Positions 23,782-37,430 of a DNA stretch of 64,000 nt are shown one piece after another. Within the stretch, counting starts at the first letter, position 1, and each line of letters begins with the position of its first letter. The notes below the pieces were generated by a model, which saw only the letters and a list, made by a program, of their open reading frames with translations, was not told the DNA's origin and ran no database searches. Position numbers and translations under genes: made by a program. The stretch spans positions 19,394,276 to 19,458,275 of the forward strand of contig NC_052147.1 of NCBI RefSeq assembly GCF_902713615.1, read 5' to 3'. Source of the DNA: Scyliorhinus canicula (lineage: Eukaryota).

Positions 23782-25033
23782 TATGAAGGGAAAGTCATGC
23801 TTGATAAACTTGCTAGAGTTCTTTGAGGATATAACCAGTAAGGTGGATAATGGGGAACCTGTGGATGTGGTATATCTAGACTTCCAGATGGCATTTGAGA
23901 AGGTGCCAGATAAAAGATTGATCCAGAAGGTGAGATCGCAGAGGTTTGGGGTAGAGTACTAAATTGGATTGAGAATAGGTTGACTGACAGAAAGCAGAGA
24001 GTCGGGTTAAATGGGTCCTTCTCTGGCTGGCGAACTGTAACTAGTGGGGTGCTGCAGGGTTCATTCCTCGGACCTCAACTGTTTACAATCTATATAAATG
24101 ATCTGCAAGAAGGGACAGAGTGTGACAAAGCAAAATTTGTGGATGATACTAAAACAGGTGAGAAAGCAGGCAGTGAAGAGGAGATACAGATTTTACAGAT
24201 GGATATAGATAGGGTAGGAGATTGTCCACAATTTGGCAGATGGAGTTAAACGTGGGTAAATGTGAGGTTATCCACTTTGACTGCAAAAATAGTCAGGCAA
24301 CTTATTACCTAAATGGAAAGCAGATTCAAAATGCATTTGGGCAGAGGGATCTGGGTGTCTTTGTTGATGAATCGCAGAAAGTCACTATGCAGGTACAACA
24401 TATAAGATAAGTAAATTAAATGTTAGCATTTATTGCAAAAGGAGTGGAGTATAAAAGTAGAGATGTATTGTTGCAATTGTATAGGGTGTTGGTGAGACCT
24501 CATCTGGAGTACTGTGTCCAGTTTTGGTCTCCTTATTTGTTGAAGGATGTGGTGGTATTTGTAGCAATTCAGAGGAGGTTCACCAGATTTGATTCCGGGG
24601 ATGATGGGGTTGACGTATGAGGAGAAGTTGAACAGTTTAGGCTAATACTCGCTGGAATTTAGAAGGATGAGAGGGGATCTGATCGAGACATATAAAATAC
24701 TAAAAGGGACTGATAAAGTAAATGTAGACTAAATGTTCCCCCTTGTGGACAAGAGGCCACAGCTATAGGTTGAGAGGCGGTAGATTTAAAACTGAGATGA
24801 GGAGGTACTACTTCTCACAGAGGGTGGCGAATTTGTGGAATTCACTGTCCCATTGAGCGATGGAGTCCGAATCATTAAATGGTTTCTAGAGGGAGATAGA
24901 TATATTTCTGACAAATAAAAACAGGTTAAAGGGTTATCGGGGAAAAGGTAGGGAGGTGGCTTTGAGATCAGGAAGAGATCAGCCATGATCTGATTGAATG
25001 GGCAGGCTCGAAGGCTGAATTACCTACTTGTGC
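23782..25033 (+). mobile_element. CR1 LINE 3' part (RT to tail) inserted into a minus-strand SINE (23648-23781 and 25034-25222)
   Basis: VTSGVLQGSFLGPQLFTIYINDL, KFVDDTK, LYRVLVRPHLEYCVQFWSP; CCTATGTT tail. Confidence 0.9.
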
Positions 25034-26282
25034 TCCAAATTCCTATGTTCCTATTTCTTTCCCTACAGGGCGTTAGTGGAACAGATAGGTTTTTATGACA
25101 ATCAACAATGGTCCAGATTTTTAACAAATTCAGATTTCACCATCTGCCGTGGTGGGATTTGAACCCAGGTCCGCAGAGCATTAACCAGGGTCTCTGGATA
25201 CGAGTACAGCAACAATACAACTAAACCGAAAGAGAAAACGCTGGAAAATCTCAGCAGGTCTGGAAGCATCTGTAGGAAGAGAAAAGAGCTAATGTTTTAA
25301 CTCCGATGACTCTTTGTCAAAGTCTCTTTCGTTTCAGATTCCAGCATCCGCAGCAATTTGCTTTTAATACAACAAAATCACTGTCTACCCTTAGTGCTAC
25401 TCCCAGCAGTGTTGAGGAGGCCATCTTCGATTCCTGAAAACTCTGCATCATTTGCCAGCCTATTTGGCATTATTTGCCCTCTTAAGGCCACCAGTTGGCA
25501 TGGGGGCAGGAAACCCATCCGCAAGCCTTCTCGCCCCGGATTTAATTGGCACAGAAGCAGGAAGGCGGTGGGGTCCCCCACTGGCACACCTCCACCTGAC
25601 TAAGAGCACCACGCCCCCTAATCTCCAACCTGCGCAGGTGAGGGCATTAAACTCTGCCCTCAGTGTGAAGAAGGAGCAAAATCCAGTCTTGAATGGACCT
25701 GGAATTCAGAGAGACTCAGAAGTTGAGAAGAATTAGCCACATCAGCACTGGAGGGATTATGGTGAATCTATGATTCTATGAAACCCCAGCTGCTTGAGGT
25801 GACTTGAGCAACATGGGAGACAGTTCCACAAGTACAGAAAAATAGTGAGGCCAAGAATGCTGATGGACAAAAGGTCAAAGAGTGGAGCCATATTAAGGGA
25901 GAAGGTTGATTGGACTTACAAAGGACGTAAAGAAATAATATTTGAAAAATTGAAAGAAACAAGGTAAGTATTGGGGTAAATTCTCTGTCCCACCCACAGC
26001 GGGTAACGTTACGGGCGGGAGGGATAATCTGAGAGACCATTTAAAAGACCGTTGACTTCGGGTGGGAATTTCTGGTCTTGGGCTAAGAACAACCGAAACA
26101 TCCCACCCAAAAAAGCCAATATGGGATATGTTTACACCAAACTCAACTTAAATTAAGCTTGTCGTGCCTATTTCAGAAATACTTGACTCGGCTAATACTC
26201 CCAAAACATTTTTTTTTTGGTTGGATAATCAGATACTGTCCTTCAGCATTGTCAAGCATAACTACAGAAGCTGAGGACTTAC

Positions 26283-26478
26283 CCTCATGTAGAACTCTCT
26301 GCCATCATTCCCAGATTTGATCTGGAAGATGTAGTAGGCACCTGGATAACGCGACGTGGCCTGCATTTGGAAGATGTCTGAGGGCACGTTCCTTCCTGAC
26401 ACAATGTCCATGTGTTTGTACAAAATGGTGAATGGCTGTTCTGTGCAGCCTGGATTTTCTCCATGACACATACAGTGA
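26283..26478 (-). CDS. FBLN5: Fibulin-5 coding exon (equivalent to exon 10; fibulin C-terminal module)
   Basis: 196 bp, TTGCAG acceptor, GTAAGT donor; HCMCHGENPGCTEQPFTILYKHMDIVSGRNVPSDIFQMQATSRYPGAYYIFQIKSGNDGREFYMR; the DIFQMQAT-RYPGAYYIFQIKSGN motif is diagnostic for fibulin-5 rather than fibulin-3/4. Confidence 0.96.
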
Positions 26479-26619
26479 CTGCAACACAAGTATGGAGGTA
26501 ATATGTCAGTGCATGGTTTTCACCACAAGGTGTTCCGTGACCTATAAATCAATTAAGTCAACTATTTCTCCATTGGTTAGTTTCCACTTTACAGTGTTGA
26601 GGTTCTCCACAGTACTTAC

Positions 26620-26746
26620 TTTTCATTCAACTGTATATAAGGATCTTGACAATTCACTTTATCCAGGCATTTGTATCCTCCTGGAGTGTTGTAGCAGTTC
26701 TGCTGCACTGTGCATGTGTGATTAACGGCCTCACACTCATTAATAT
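26620..26746 (-). CDS. FBLN5: Fibulin-5 coding exon (equivalent to exon 9; last cbEGF)
   Basis: 127 bp, AG/GTAAGT bounded; DINECEAVNHTCTVQQNCYNTPGGYKCLDKVNCQDPYIQLNE(N); ends in phase 2 (AA|T). Confidence 0.95.
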
Positions 26747-28993
26747 CTAACAAACAGAGAAATATTTAGACATATTGTTTGCGCACGGTCTCTATCATAG
26801 TTCAAGCAATGAGATTTTCCTCCTCCAGTAAATGTTAACTGGGTGTATCCCTGGACATTTAATCACATGATCTTTCTGTTCAATCACCACACCCATACAT
26901 TCTCACTACTGTTGACCCAACACATCCATCTTCCAGAACCCTGCCTCCTCGTAGAAAGCAGATGCTCCTAATTGGATGACCTGGGCTCAATCATGCAGAC
27001 TTTCTTTGCCCAACTCCCATCTCCAATGTTTTTAAAACTAATTAAAGAAAATAATTTTTGAGAAAGATGACCAAAGGGAATTTGTTCACGGCAACATCCT
27101 GGGGGATAACCATTCATTCTTGAGGCTCCAGGGCAATCTTAGGCAGGTTGGCAACCTGAACTGGGAGGGGTTTCAGGACAAATGGCACTTTAAACCTCGT
27201 CACAGTTGACACTAGACATTGTGCCGTGGAGACTGTAGATTGAAGTCATTGCATTTACGCGTGGGGATATTGACCATTCCTGAGGGCATTTTAGAGTCAA
27301 CCACACTTCTGTGGGTCTGGAGTCACATATAGGCCAGACCTGGTAAGGACAACAGATTTCCTTCCTTAAGGATATTAATGAGCCAGATGGGTTTTGATGA
27401 CAATCGCTGATGGCTTCATGGTCATGTTTAGACTTTTAATTCCAGATTTTTATTGAATTCAAATTTCACCATCTGCCTTGGCGAGGTTCAAAACCGCGAC
27501 CCCAGAGCATGACTCAGGGTCTCTGGATTACTAGTCCAGTGACCGAGCAAAACTAGCAAGCCATCCAGTTCAAGGGTAATTAGTGATTGGCAACAAATTG
27601 TTAGCGACACCCATATCCCAACAAATAATCTTTTTGAACTTTCCCAAATTGTAGTCCATGGAGTGAGACACTGCCCCAACAAGGAACTTCTCTACTCATG
27701 GTACGAAAGCAAAACTGACAAACGTAAGCGTGCCCTGTGTATGTGAGTATGTTTGTTTGTGTGCGGAGTTCAGGGTTTTGGAGACAGGCTGGATGAGGGA
27801 GAGATGGGAAAATTGAGGGGTAAGGTGTTGGGAGGTAAGCCTAATGTATTCCTGCCACAAGGGAATATTCCCAGAGGCAGGAATGGCAGGGACTCAACTG
27901 CAGACTTAGTTAACTGGCTGACGTACAGTCTGCCAGCATTTTGCCAGTGTCTGACTGGGCCCCTGCCGCAAGGGGAGTCTGCCAACTGCATCGAGGTGGT
28001 ATCCCAACAATTTCCAGGCAGCGGAAACTTGGTCCCAGCGGTTTCATCCCCCGACAAAGAGGCCCCCAGCACCAATGCAACAACTGGAGGGGTTACGCTA
28101 CCGATCAACAGGGCCTGCCTGGCCACAGCACTGAAATAAAATGATCCACTCGCCTGTGGGGGTGCTGCAGTATGGAGTAACCATTGTAACCTCTCAGTCA
28201 CCTCTCGGGGTGGCGCCACTAAGGTTACCGGGCTGCCAGCCCTCTGACTGGGCTGGCAGCTCGGAGAGGCAGCCCACTGTCCTGAATGAGTGAGACAGCT
28301 GACGTGACCCTGCTGCCCTCCCACACATACTCAGCCCTAGCTTCCGACATCAGAACGTTTGCCCTAGTGTCAAAATCCGGGCCTTATTTTTCCTTTCTGC
28401 TGAGTCCTGGCGAGGCCGTGTGCCAATCTTCACAAGTTGAGGCAAGCCACAGGTCAGATTCAATACAATCAAAGAATATTTCATTAGAATTCATCACATT
28501 GTCCAAATGTGTTGAGCAGCATGGATGTGTGCAGGCATGGTATGACAGAAGGAGGCCATTCACATTTCCTCAACTACAATGTGTACTAAACTAAAACTCT
28601 AAAAATAACCCATCAGGTTTCAAGCCTCGAAGCATTTTGTTTGATGTGAAAGGGACTATTGATAAATAAAGGGTGTGGCATGTAACTCGCAGGAGGAAAT
28701 GTGAAACGTGGCCCCATTAAACAGCCTGGGAACCTTCCAGTAAACTGTGGGCCTCTGCTGCTGCTTGCGTGGCTACGGGGTGATGAATGAGCTCAACAAT
28801 GGAAGACAAGGATTGGAAGAAAAGGTTGTCTGACAGCTCCTCCTTAAAACCATGATTAATTTCCCTTTTAGTCCCATGGCATAGTGCCTCGTTGTACAAT
28901 AGGAGCTAGTAGCAAGAGTGGCCTTCAAGTGAAACACAAGCGGAGAATATGGCCTTTGCTAAAGTTCTAGTGAGTTAGCCAGCTCCACTTTAC

Positions 28994-29116
28994 CTTGGCA
29001 GCTCCTGTTGTCACTGTACATTGTGTAACCCTCAGGGCAGATACAGAAGTAATCGCCTGGCTCATTCACACACCGGTGCTGGCAAAGGAAATCTGAGAAA
29101 CTGCACTCATTGATAT
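28994..29116 (-). CDS. FBLN5: Fibulin-5 coding exon (equivalent to exon 8; cbEGF)
   Basis: 123 bp, AG/GT bounded; DINECSFSDFLCQHRCVNEPGDYFCICPEGYTMYSDNRSCQ (human DMDECSFSEFLCQHECVNQPG...DNRSCQ). Confidence 0.95.
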
Positions 29117-29245
29117 CTAGAAACGAGAACAGATATCTGGGTTAGAAACAGGAAACAGAGCAGTGTTGTGTCAAGCTTCCTAGCTTTAACAATTGGTTGC
29201 TTTTCTGCCGCACTCTTATATTTTATATCTTATATTCTTATATTA

Positions 29246-29421
29246 GGGGCTGGTTTAGCACATGGCTAAATCGCTGGCTTTGAAAGCAGACCAAGGCAGG
29301 TCAGCAGCACGGTTCAATTGCCGTACCAGCCTCCCCGAACAGGCTCCGGAATGTGGCGACGAGGGGCTTTTCACAGTAACTTCATTTGAAGCCTACTTGT
29401 GACACTAAGCATTTTTCATTT
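29246..29421 (+). mobile_element. Short SINE (GGGGCTGGTTTAGCAC family); further copies at 32305-32484 and 55864-56039
   Basis: Three near-identical ~175-bp copies with a tRNA-like head and GGCGACTAGGGGCTTTTCACAGTAACTTCATT tail. Confidence 0.85.
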
Positions 29422-30617
29422 GTTACGTACTGATGACGTATTTACTCCGTTCAAAAATGTAACAATATGTTTTGCTTTGTGCGTAAAGTTAAAAAAAAGT
29501 ATTTCATTAAAACTTTATTATAACCAGTTGAACTTAAAAAAAACATTACTTAATGCCACGGGACCGTAATGCTCCCGGGACTGTGCTGACAATGTCCAAA
29601 CTGAAAACAGATTGGAGTCTTACAAATTCAGCGCAAGACATCTTAGTGTGCTGGCTCGCACACAAGTCGGAGATGGGGAAGGCCAATTTGGTCATTCCAG
29701 GTCTCATGTTTTTGTGAAAATTTGTATATGTTTATTGGCCTGATCACGCAACATTGTAATTAGAGTCAGGGAACTAGGGTTAAATGCAGCTTTCGAAGTA
29801 AATTCAGGCAGAGTTTCACTTTCATGGAAACACTTACAAAGAAAAACAAATACAATAATGAGGCACGATTTTCCCTCAGGGCGGAAATCCAGAGGTTAGA
29901 ACTGTTTGCAGGTCCCGAGCGCACCCTGAGGGATGGGAAGGAGGGAGGGAAACAGTAATGCATTGTGATTTTCATTGGGGTGGGCAGTTAATAGCCAATT
30001 GGTGGTCAGGCGACGTCCATTTAAAGATGGCAGGAAGGATCTCGAAGATGGAGGGCTAATCAGAGGCCTTCTACCTTGGATGGATCAACACACTGCAATG
30101 GAAGGTGTATAAAGGGGAGGGTACCTCAAAATATTGATTCCTTCTCTCCCAAATTTTTTAACTTACACTTGATCTTGTAGCCAGACCACCAGTGAGGGAA
30201 GGAACCACTCCATAATCGGCCTTTGGCTCCTCCTACAACCAGGCAGGCACAGAGGATCTCAGGCTCTGCCTGCAGTGTTATCCACATCGCAAGCTCCTTA
30301 AAACCCCACCATCCCTTCCCAGTCTCCAGGCAGCTAAACTACTCCCCGTCGTCTGAAAAATTCTAGTCAGGCTCCTTTATTTTGCCTCAATAAATGGCCT
30401 AGCCAGCGATGCCCACATCCTGTGAAGTGAATTTTTTAAAATTAGGCTCTTAATAAGCTATCTGTTTTATTCAATTGTTCTCTGTTTGATTATGAGAGTC
30501 TGGTACCTGATCTACGTTCATTGTGCTTCATTTGTTTAAGCCATGCTGAGGACTCAGAGCAAAATAAACATAAAAGCTGATAGATGATCCGGGATAAGCA
30601 TGGAGCAGACACAAAAG

Positions 30618-30960
30618 GAGGTGGTGGCACAGAGGTAATGTCATTGGACTAATCATCTCTTGGCCCAGGTTACTGCTCTGTAACCATGGCAGCTGGTGGC
30701 ATCTGCATTCAATGGATAAAATATGGAATATAAAGCTAGTCTCGGTAATGGTGACCATGACAACTATCTGGCTCACTAATGTCCCTAAAGAAATGGCATC
30801 TGCCATCCTTACCCGGGTCTGGCCTACTTGTGATTCCAGACCCACAACAATTAATTGACTCTTAACTGTGCTCCGAAATGGCCTCAGTTCAGGAATACTT
30901 AGGGTTGGGCTACAAATGTTGGCCATGCCCACATCCCATGAAAGAATGCATTAAAAAATA
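30618..30960 (+). mobile_element. tRNA-derived SINE ending in CCCACATCCCATGAA; related copies at ~27281-27545 (-) and 23648/25034 (-)
   Basis: GGTGGCACAGAGGTAATGTCATTGGACTA head; shared body GGTCTGGCCTA...GATTCCAGACCCACA. Confidence 0.7.
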
Positions 30961-30974
30961 ATCTTTTACAAACA

Positions 30975-33900
30975 GGGCTTCCGGTGACGGGATGTGTTGA
31001 GCAGATGCAGGAAAGGTGGCTCTTCTAGTCAGAATAGCCCACCAGAACCAGGAAGGAAACATCCCCTCACCCTCTCCAATCGAAACACAAAGGGCAATGC
31101 TGAATGATAGCAGCTCCACAGGCCACAAGGAGGCAAAAAAAGCAGCAGAAGCCAGGAGAAGCGAACGAACAAGATGGCGGACGCACGAGGTGAAGAAACT
31201 CCAGTCACACCTGAAAGAGAGGCACCAACAGCTGCACATGGAGCTCCCCCTGGCCAGAGGGCAGATGGAAGAAGTTCCTCACCAGGAAGCTCAGGGAGAT
31301 CAAAGAGGAAATCAAGTCAGACATAAAGGCAGCTATCGAGACTTGCGGTGACGGTGATGTGCTGAGCGGAACACACATCAGGTGGCTTTCCTGTCCACCA
31401 GAACTAAAAGAGACATTTTTAGAAGAATTTGGCCCGAGAAATCAACAGAAAACAACCCCAATGGAGGAAAAGAAGCAACGGAGAGGAAGATGCCAGCGAA
31501 TGGGAGCTCGAGAGGCCGGCGAGAGGGCAGAACTGGCGGAAAGAGCCACGAGCAACGGGCGGATGAGCCAGTGGACCCACGAGATGAGGGGGAAGCCTCG
31601 GCTGCCCAAGAACGGGGGAGACTGGCAACCTGGCGCATCAGCAACAGCCTCCCCCTTCCCACCAGGAGATGGATGGAGGACCATCCTAAAGAAGGAGCTG
31701 CCACCATGAAGAAGGTGATTAGAATCAAGATCCAGATGGTGGTGAAGGTGGTGGTGACGGAGGCGATGGTCTCCCTACAACGTATGATCGACGGTCTGGG
31801 AAAGAAAGTGGAGGGGCAAGAGAAGACGATTCAAGACCTCAAGAGAGCCTCGATGGACCAGAGCAACAGGATTGTCGCTCTGGAGCAGAGGTGAAAAGGT
31901 TGGTGGTGGCCCAGGAGAGCTTGAAGGGAAAGGTCGAGGACCCAGGAACCAGGTCATATGAATTGTGGGCCTGCGGAAGGCATCGAGGGCAGAGACCCAA
32001 CACACTATATGCTGGGCAACTTAATTGGGAGGGACAGCTTTCCCAACCCAACCACCCCCCACTCCCCACCCCTCCCCCGGCCCCAGAACTCGACAGGGCA
32101 CACGGGTCACTCAGACCGAAGCCCAAGGCGGAGGAGCAGCAGAGAGCGATCACAGCGAAGCTGCACTGATACCAGTATCGGGAAAGGATCCTGCAGCATC
32201 TGACAGAGGCACAGGATGAAACAGTTCCACGATTGACTGGATATGCCAGTTATAGGGGAGGACAGGCGGGGTGGAGCTGGAAGCACCAATAGACCTGGTT
32301 TAGCAGGGGCTGGTTTAGCACATTGTGCTAAATCGCTGGCTTTTAAAGCAGACCAAGGCAGGCCAGCAGCACGGTTCAATTCCCGTACCAGCCTCCCCGA
32401 ACAGGCGGCAGAATGTGGTGACTAGGGGCTTTTCACAGTAACTTCATTGAAGCCTACTCGTGACAATAAGCAATTTTCATTTCACCTGTGAGAAATCATG
32501 GAGAGCGTCAGCTCCATGCAGGCGGGGAAGGTGCCAGGGTCCGACAGGTTCCCGGCGGACTTCTATAAAAAATATGCGCCGATCCTGACCCCACACCTAA
32601 GGGACATGTTCGCAGACTTGCTGCCGAGGGGCACCTTGCTGATATCGCTGATAACCAAAAAAGACAAATACCTGATGAAATGCGGATCGTACAGACTCAT
32701 TTCACTACTCAATGCGGATGTGAAGATACTGGCAAATGTCCTGGCCAAAAAGCTGGAGAACTGCATACCTGAGGTGATCACAGAGGACCAGACGGGCTTT
32801 GTCAAGGGTAGGCAGCTTACTGCAAACATCAGGCGGCTGATGAACGTAACAATGGTGCCCCCTCCCCCCCCCCCCCCCCCCCCCAAACCGGAGATGATCA
32901 TCTCTCTGGATGCAGAAACACCTTTGACAGAGTCAAGTGGAAGTATCTCTTTGAGGTAGTGGAGCAGTTTGGGTTGGGAGCAGGGTTCACCTCCTGTGTG
33001 AAAATCCTGTACAGCGCCCCCCAAGACGAGCGTTCAAACCAACATCACCGGCTCTGAATACGTCCAGCTGCACAGCGGCACAAGGCAGAGATGCCTGTTG
33101 TCCCTTCTCCTGTTCGCCCTGGCAATCGATCCACGATTGCACTCAGAATGGCGACAAATTGGAAGGAGATCCAGAGAGGAGCACAGAGTCTCGCTGGATG
33201 TGGATGACCTGCTCCTCTACATCTCGGACACCCAAAACCGCATGGAGGGGATCATGATGCTCCTGAAAGAGTTTGGAGCGTTCTCAGGATACAAACTCAA
33301 CCTGAGCAAAGTGAAATCGCCTCAGTGAACCCGCAAAGGGGGGAGTGGCAGACGCTAGAAGGGCTGCAGTTCAAACAAGCCCAAAACAAATTCCGCTACC
33401 TGGGGATCTAAATCACCGCCGACTGGACATGGATCCACAAATGGAACGTAACAAGTCTGGTGGAGGAAATAAAGAAGGACTTGCAGAGGTGGGACACACT
33501 CCCACTCTCCCTGGCAGGGAGACGATCAAGATGAACAGGTTGCCCAGGTTCCTCTTCCTGTTCAGATCCATCCTGATTTACATCCCCAAGGCCTTTTTTA
33601 ACAGACAAAATGATCGTGGCATTTGTGTGTGTGTGCGTGTGTGTGGACCAAAAAAGTCCTGCTAATAAAAAGAAGCATGGAGGGCCTTGCCTTCCCACAC
33701 CTGCAATACTACCACTGGGCGGCCACAGCAGAAAGAGTATGGGGATGAGAAAGGGAGCCGGAAGCAGAATAGGTAACCATGGAGAGCTCCTGCAGAGGAA
33801 AGTCCCACCGAGCCCTTGCCATGACAGCGCTCCCATCCCCACCAGCCCAGCACTCAACAAGCCCAGTGGTAATAGCCACACTCCGAACATGGAACCAGCG

Positions 33901-34315
33901 AAGGCAACACTTCGGCCTGACCGGAATGTCCGCCATCACCTCCATCTGCAACAGTCACAGGTTTGCGCCAACCACAGTGGGTGCCACCTTCAAAAGCTGG
34001 AGACAGGGGGACATTGACAGTTAGTGACCTTGACACGGACGACAGACCAGCGACGCTCAATGAACTGACGGAGAGATTTCAACTGCCTAAAGGGAACAAA
34101 CTACACACACATAGATCAAAAAATCCCTCCGTAAGGAAACAATGATGTAGCCATGGATGCCGGAACACTGACTGGTAGAGGAGCTGTTGGATGCGGGAAA
34201 CTGAGGGAGGGGGAACTGCGGGGACCTGTATGGGTGACTGTTAGAGGAGGGGGAACTGCGGGGACCTGTATGGGTGACTGTTAGAGGAGGCACGCTCCCC
34301 ACTGGACGAGACAAA
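30975..34315 (+). mobile_element. L1-type LINE, 5'-intact, endonuclease region missing, 3' truncated
   Basis: GGGCTTCCGG 5' end; ORF1 coiled coil and ELDRAHGSL; ORF2 RT motifs (YRLISLLNADVKIL, DQTGFVKGR, ISLDAE, GYKLNLSK). Confidence 0.85.
34206..34290. repeat. 40-bp tandem duplication inside the L1
   Basis: GGAGGGGGAACTGCGGGGACCTGTATGGGTGACTGTTAGA x2. Confidence 0.9.
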
Positions 34316-34479
34316 TGCAAGTTGTTGTACTTTTGTATTCGGGAGGTGGTCATCTAACAAAATGCTGATGGTTGACTTGGCATTTCTTTTCCTGAAAAGG
34401 CACATTTTAGTCTCAAAGAAATAAATTCTATGTGTACAGAGCTAAGTAGGCGATCCTGCGGTGTAGTGGGTGACACCCC

Positions 34480-35184
34480 GGGTGGGATTCTGCAGGAATC
34501 GGCAGGGCAGGCACCTCTGGCGCCAAGGAGTGGCGTGAACCACTCCAGCAGCGGGCCGCCCCAATTCTGCACTTTCAGGGGCGAGGCCGGCACCGGGGTG
34601 GTTTGTGCTGCGCCGGCCAGCGGGGAAGGGGCTTGGTGCCACGCCAACTGGTGCCGAAGGGCCTCCACCGGCCGGCGCAAGTTGGCCCATGCGCGGGAGC
34701 GCCAGCATGTGCTGGCGTCATCCCAGCGCATGCGCGGGGGGGGTTCATCTCTGCGTCGGCCATAGCAGAGGACGACAGCGGCCTATGCGGAAGAATAGAG
34801 TGCCTCCAGGGCACAGGCCCGCCCGCAGATCGGTGGGCCCCGATCACGGGCCAGGCCACCGTGGGGGCACCTCCATGGGGCAGATCCCCCCGCGCTCCCC
34901 CGAGGACCCCGGAGGTCGCCCGAACAGCCAGGTCCTGCCGGTAAGTACCTACCCTAATTCACAACGGCGGGACCAACCGAAAACAGGCGGCCACTCGGCC
35001 CATTGCGGGCCGGAGAATCGCCGGAGGGGCGGTGCCAGCGGCCGCCGACCGGCGCGGCTCCCGCCCCCGCCAAATCCCCGGCGCGGGAGAATCCAGCAGC
35101 TGGTGGGGGCGGGACTCACGCTGCCGCCCCTCCCCCCGCCCCCGGCGATTCTCCGACCCGGCAGGGGGTCAGAGAATCCCCCCC
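34480..35184. mobile_element. GC-rich non-autonomous DNA transposon (MITE)
   Basis: Terminal inverted motif GGGTGGGATTCT...AGAATCCC; no coding homology. Confidence 0.7.
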
Positions 35185-36345
35185 CCCCCTCCCCCCCTCT
35201 TCTGAGCCAAAAGCTCTGTGTTCAACTCCCACCCCAGGACTCGATGGCCCAGGGGGTCTGCGGACAAGCAGGTTGTGCACCAACTTGCAAAATCCATCCA
35301 AAGCATGCCTGGGGCAGGTGGTAAGAGTGGGAGAGACTTCTGGTCAGCCATGCTTGATGCGGAGTGGCATTCTTCAAGCCATAAGCCCCTGGCGACAGGC
35401 TAGTGGCCTGTTTCAGGAAGAATCTCACTGTGGGAGCAGATGAAAGTCTGTCTTGTGCCCCTTGAGGTGCAGGAAGGGAATCAGCAACAGTGCATACCTA
35501 CACCTGCAAGTAACTGTTTTCTGAATGGCCGTGGTTTCACCTTTCTCCCACAGTATCACCTTGTACTTTTGTGATAAGTAAGCAGCGAATGCTCCTGACA
35601 ATTCAAAATTTAATGCTGGAATATATTTGAAACATGTCATCATTTGAATTGCAAGAACTTGGGCTGAATGATTCGATAATTTAAATGAAGTGACTTTCAT
35701 AACCATAATTATATAGTAACCATAAAACCATTGATAACCATAATTACATAACTATAATTATATTCCAAGCCAGGACACGAGACAGGTCAAAGTCACAATT
35801 TAACTCAAAAGTATTAATATTACTTTTTAAAAATACCCTTCATAAAAACTAGATTTATTTTTTTAAACACAAATTTGTGCAATAGGGTCATGATCTGTGC
35901 CCGAGTGAAGAAAATCTGAGGTTTCCTGCAAATGATGAGCACTGTTACAAAGAGGCCACAAGGTGGCGGTCTTCAGCATTATGGCCTCAGTTGCTGGAGG
36001 CTCAGGCAGTTGCCCATTCCGACTCCCCTTTGCTCTGATTGCTTTGACATTGTTTCAAAATCAGAGGCAAAATGTCAACCTTTCTGTTTCTTCTATTTGC
36101 TCTCATGGTCTGGCCCCTGATTTAGGTCCCTGTTTGCTCTGTTTTTACAATGCCAGGGTGGAAACTTTCTGCTTTGGTCAACCATGGTGGGTTGGAAGGA
36201 ACTAGGATTCAGGGCCAGGGGTGGGCGAGGAGATGGGAAATCTCCGCCCAGCCATGGGCTAGTGGGCACCGCTCCGGTTTTGCCGATTGAGACCTTCGGC
36301 TTTCCGTCAGAGGTACTCTAAATTTATTTTTAAAAAGAGTGTTAA

Positions 36346-37430
36346 CAAGCAGAGGGATCTGGGTGTACAGATCCACCGGTCACTGAAAGTGGCAACGCAG
36401 TTGGAGAAGGTATTCAAGAAGGTATACGCCATACTTTAGGGGCAGCATGGTAGCATTGTGGATAGCACAATTGCTTCACAGCTCCAGGGTCCCAGGTTCG
36501 ATTCCGGCTTGGGTCACTGTCTGTGCGGAGTCTGCACATCCTCCCCGTGTGTGCGTGGGTTTCCTCCGGGTGCTCCGGTTTCCTCCCACAGTCCAAAGAT
36601 GTGCAGGTTAGGTGGATTGGCCATGATAAATTGCCCTTAGTGACCAAAATTGCCCTGAGTGTTGGGTGGGGTTGCTGGGTTATGGAGATAGGGTGGAGGT
36701 GTTGACCTTGGGTAGGGTGCTCTTTCCAAGAGCCGGTGCAGACTCAATGGGCTGAATGGCCTCCTTCTGCACTGTAACTTCTAATTCTATGATACTTGCC
36801 TTCATTGGCTAGAGAATTGAGTTTAAAAATTGGCAAGTCATGTTGCAGCTTTATAGAACCTTAGTTAAGCCACACTTGGAATGTAGTGTTTCAATTCTGG
36901 TCGCCACACTACGAAAAGGATGTGGAGGCTTTGGAGAGCGTTCAGTATAGGCTTACCAGGATGTTGCCTGGTATGGAGGGCAATAGCTGTGATGAGAGAT
37001 TGGATAAACTCGTTTTGTTCTCACTGGAACAACGAAGGGTTGAGGGGCGACCTGATAGAGGTCTACAAAATTATGAGGGGCACGGACAGAGTGGATAGTC
37101 AGAGACTTTTTCCCCAGGGTTGAGGAGTCAATCACTATGGGACATAGATTTAACGTGCGAGGGTCAAAGTTTAGAGGAGATGTGCGAGGGAAGCATTTTA
37201 CACAGAGAGTAGTGGGTGCCTGGAACTCGCTGCCGGAGGAGGTGGTGGAAGCAGGTACGATAGTGATGTTTAAGAGACATCTTGACACATACATTAATAG
37301 GATGGGAATACAGGAAAAAGGACCCCGGAAGTGTAGAAGGTTTTAGGTTAGACAGGCAGCATGGTCGGCGCAGGCTTGGAAGGCCGAAGGGCCTGTTCCT
37401 GTGCTGTATTTTCTTTGTTCTTTGTTGTTC
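36346..37430 (+). mobile_element. CR1 LINE 3' fragment with an HE1 SINE inserted at 36439-36791
   Basis: QFWSPHY, RGDLIEVYKIM, FTQRVVGAWNSLP; SINE flanked by ATACTT duplication. Confidence 0.9.

Noticed and set aside
34354-35443. Many overlapping GC-rich ORFs and an apparent CpG-island promoter
   Set aside because: They lie within a TIR-bounded MITE; scarcity of stops reflects GC content
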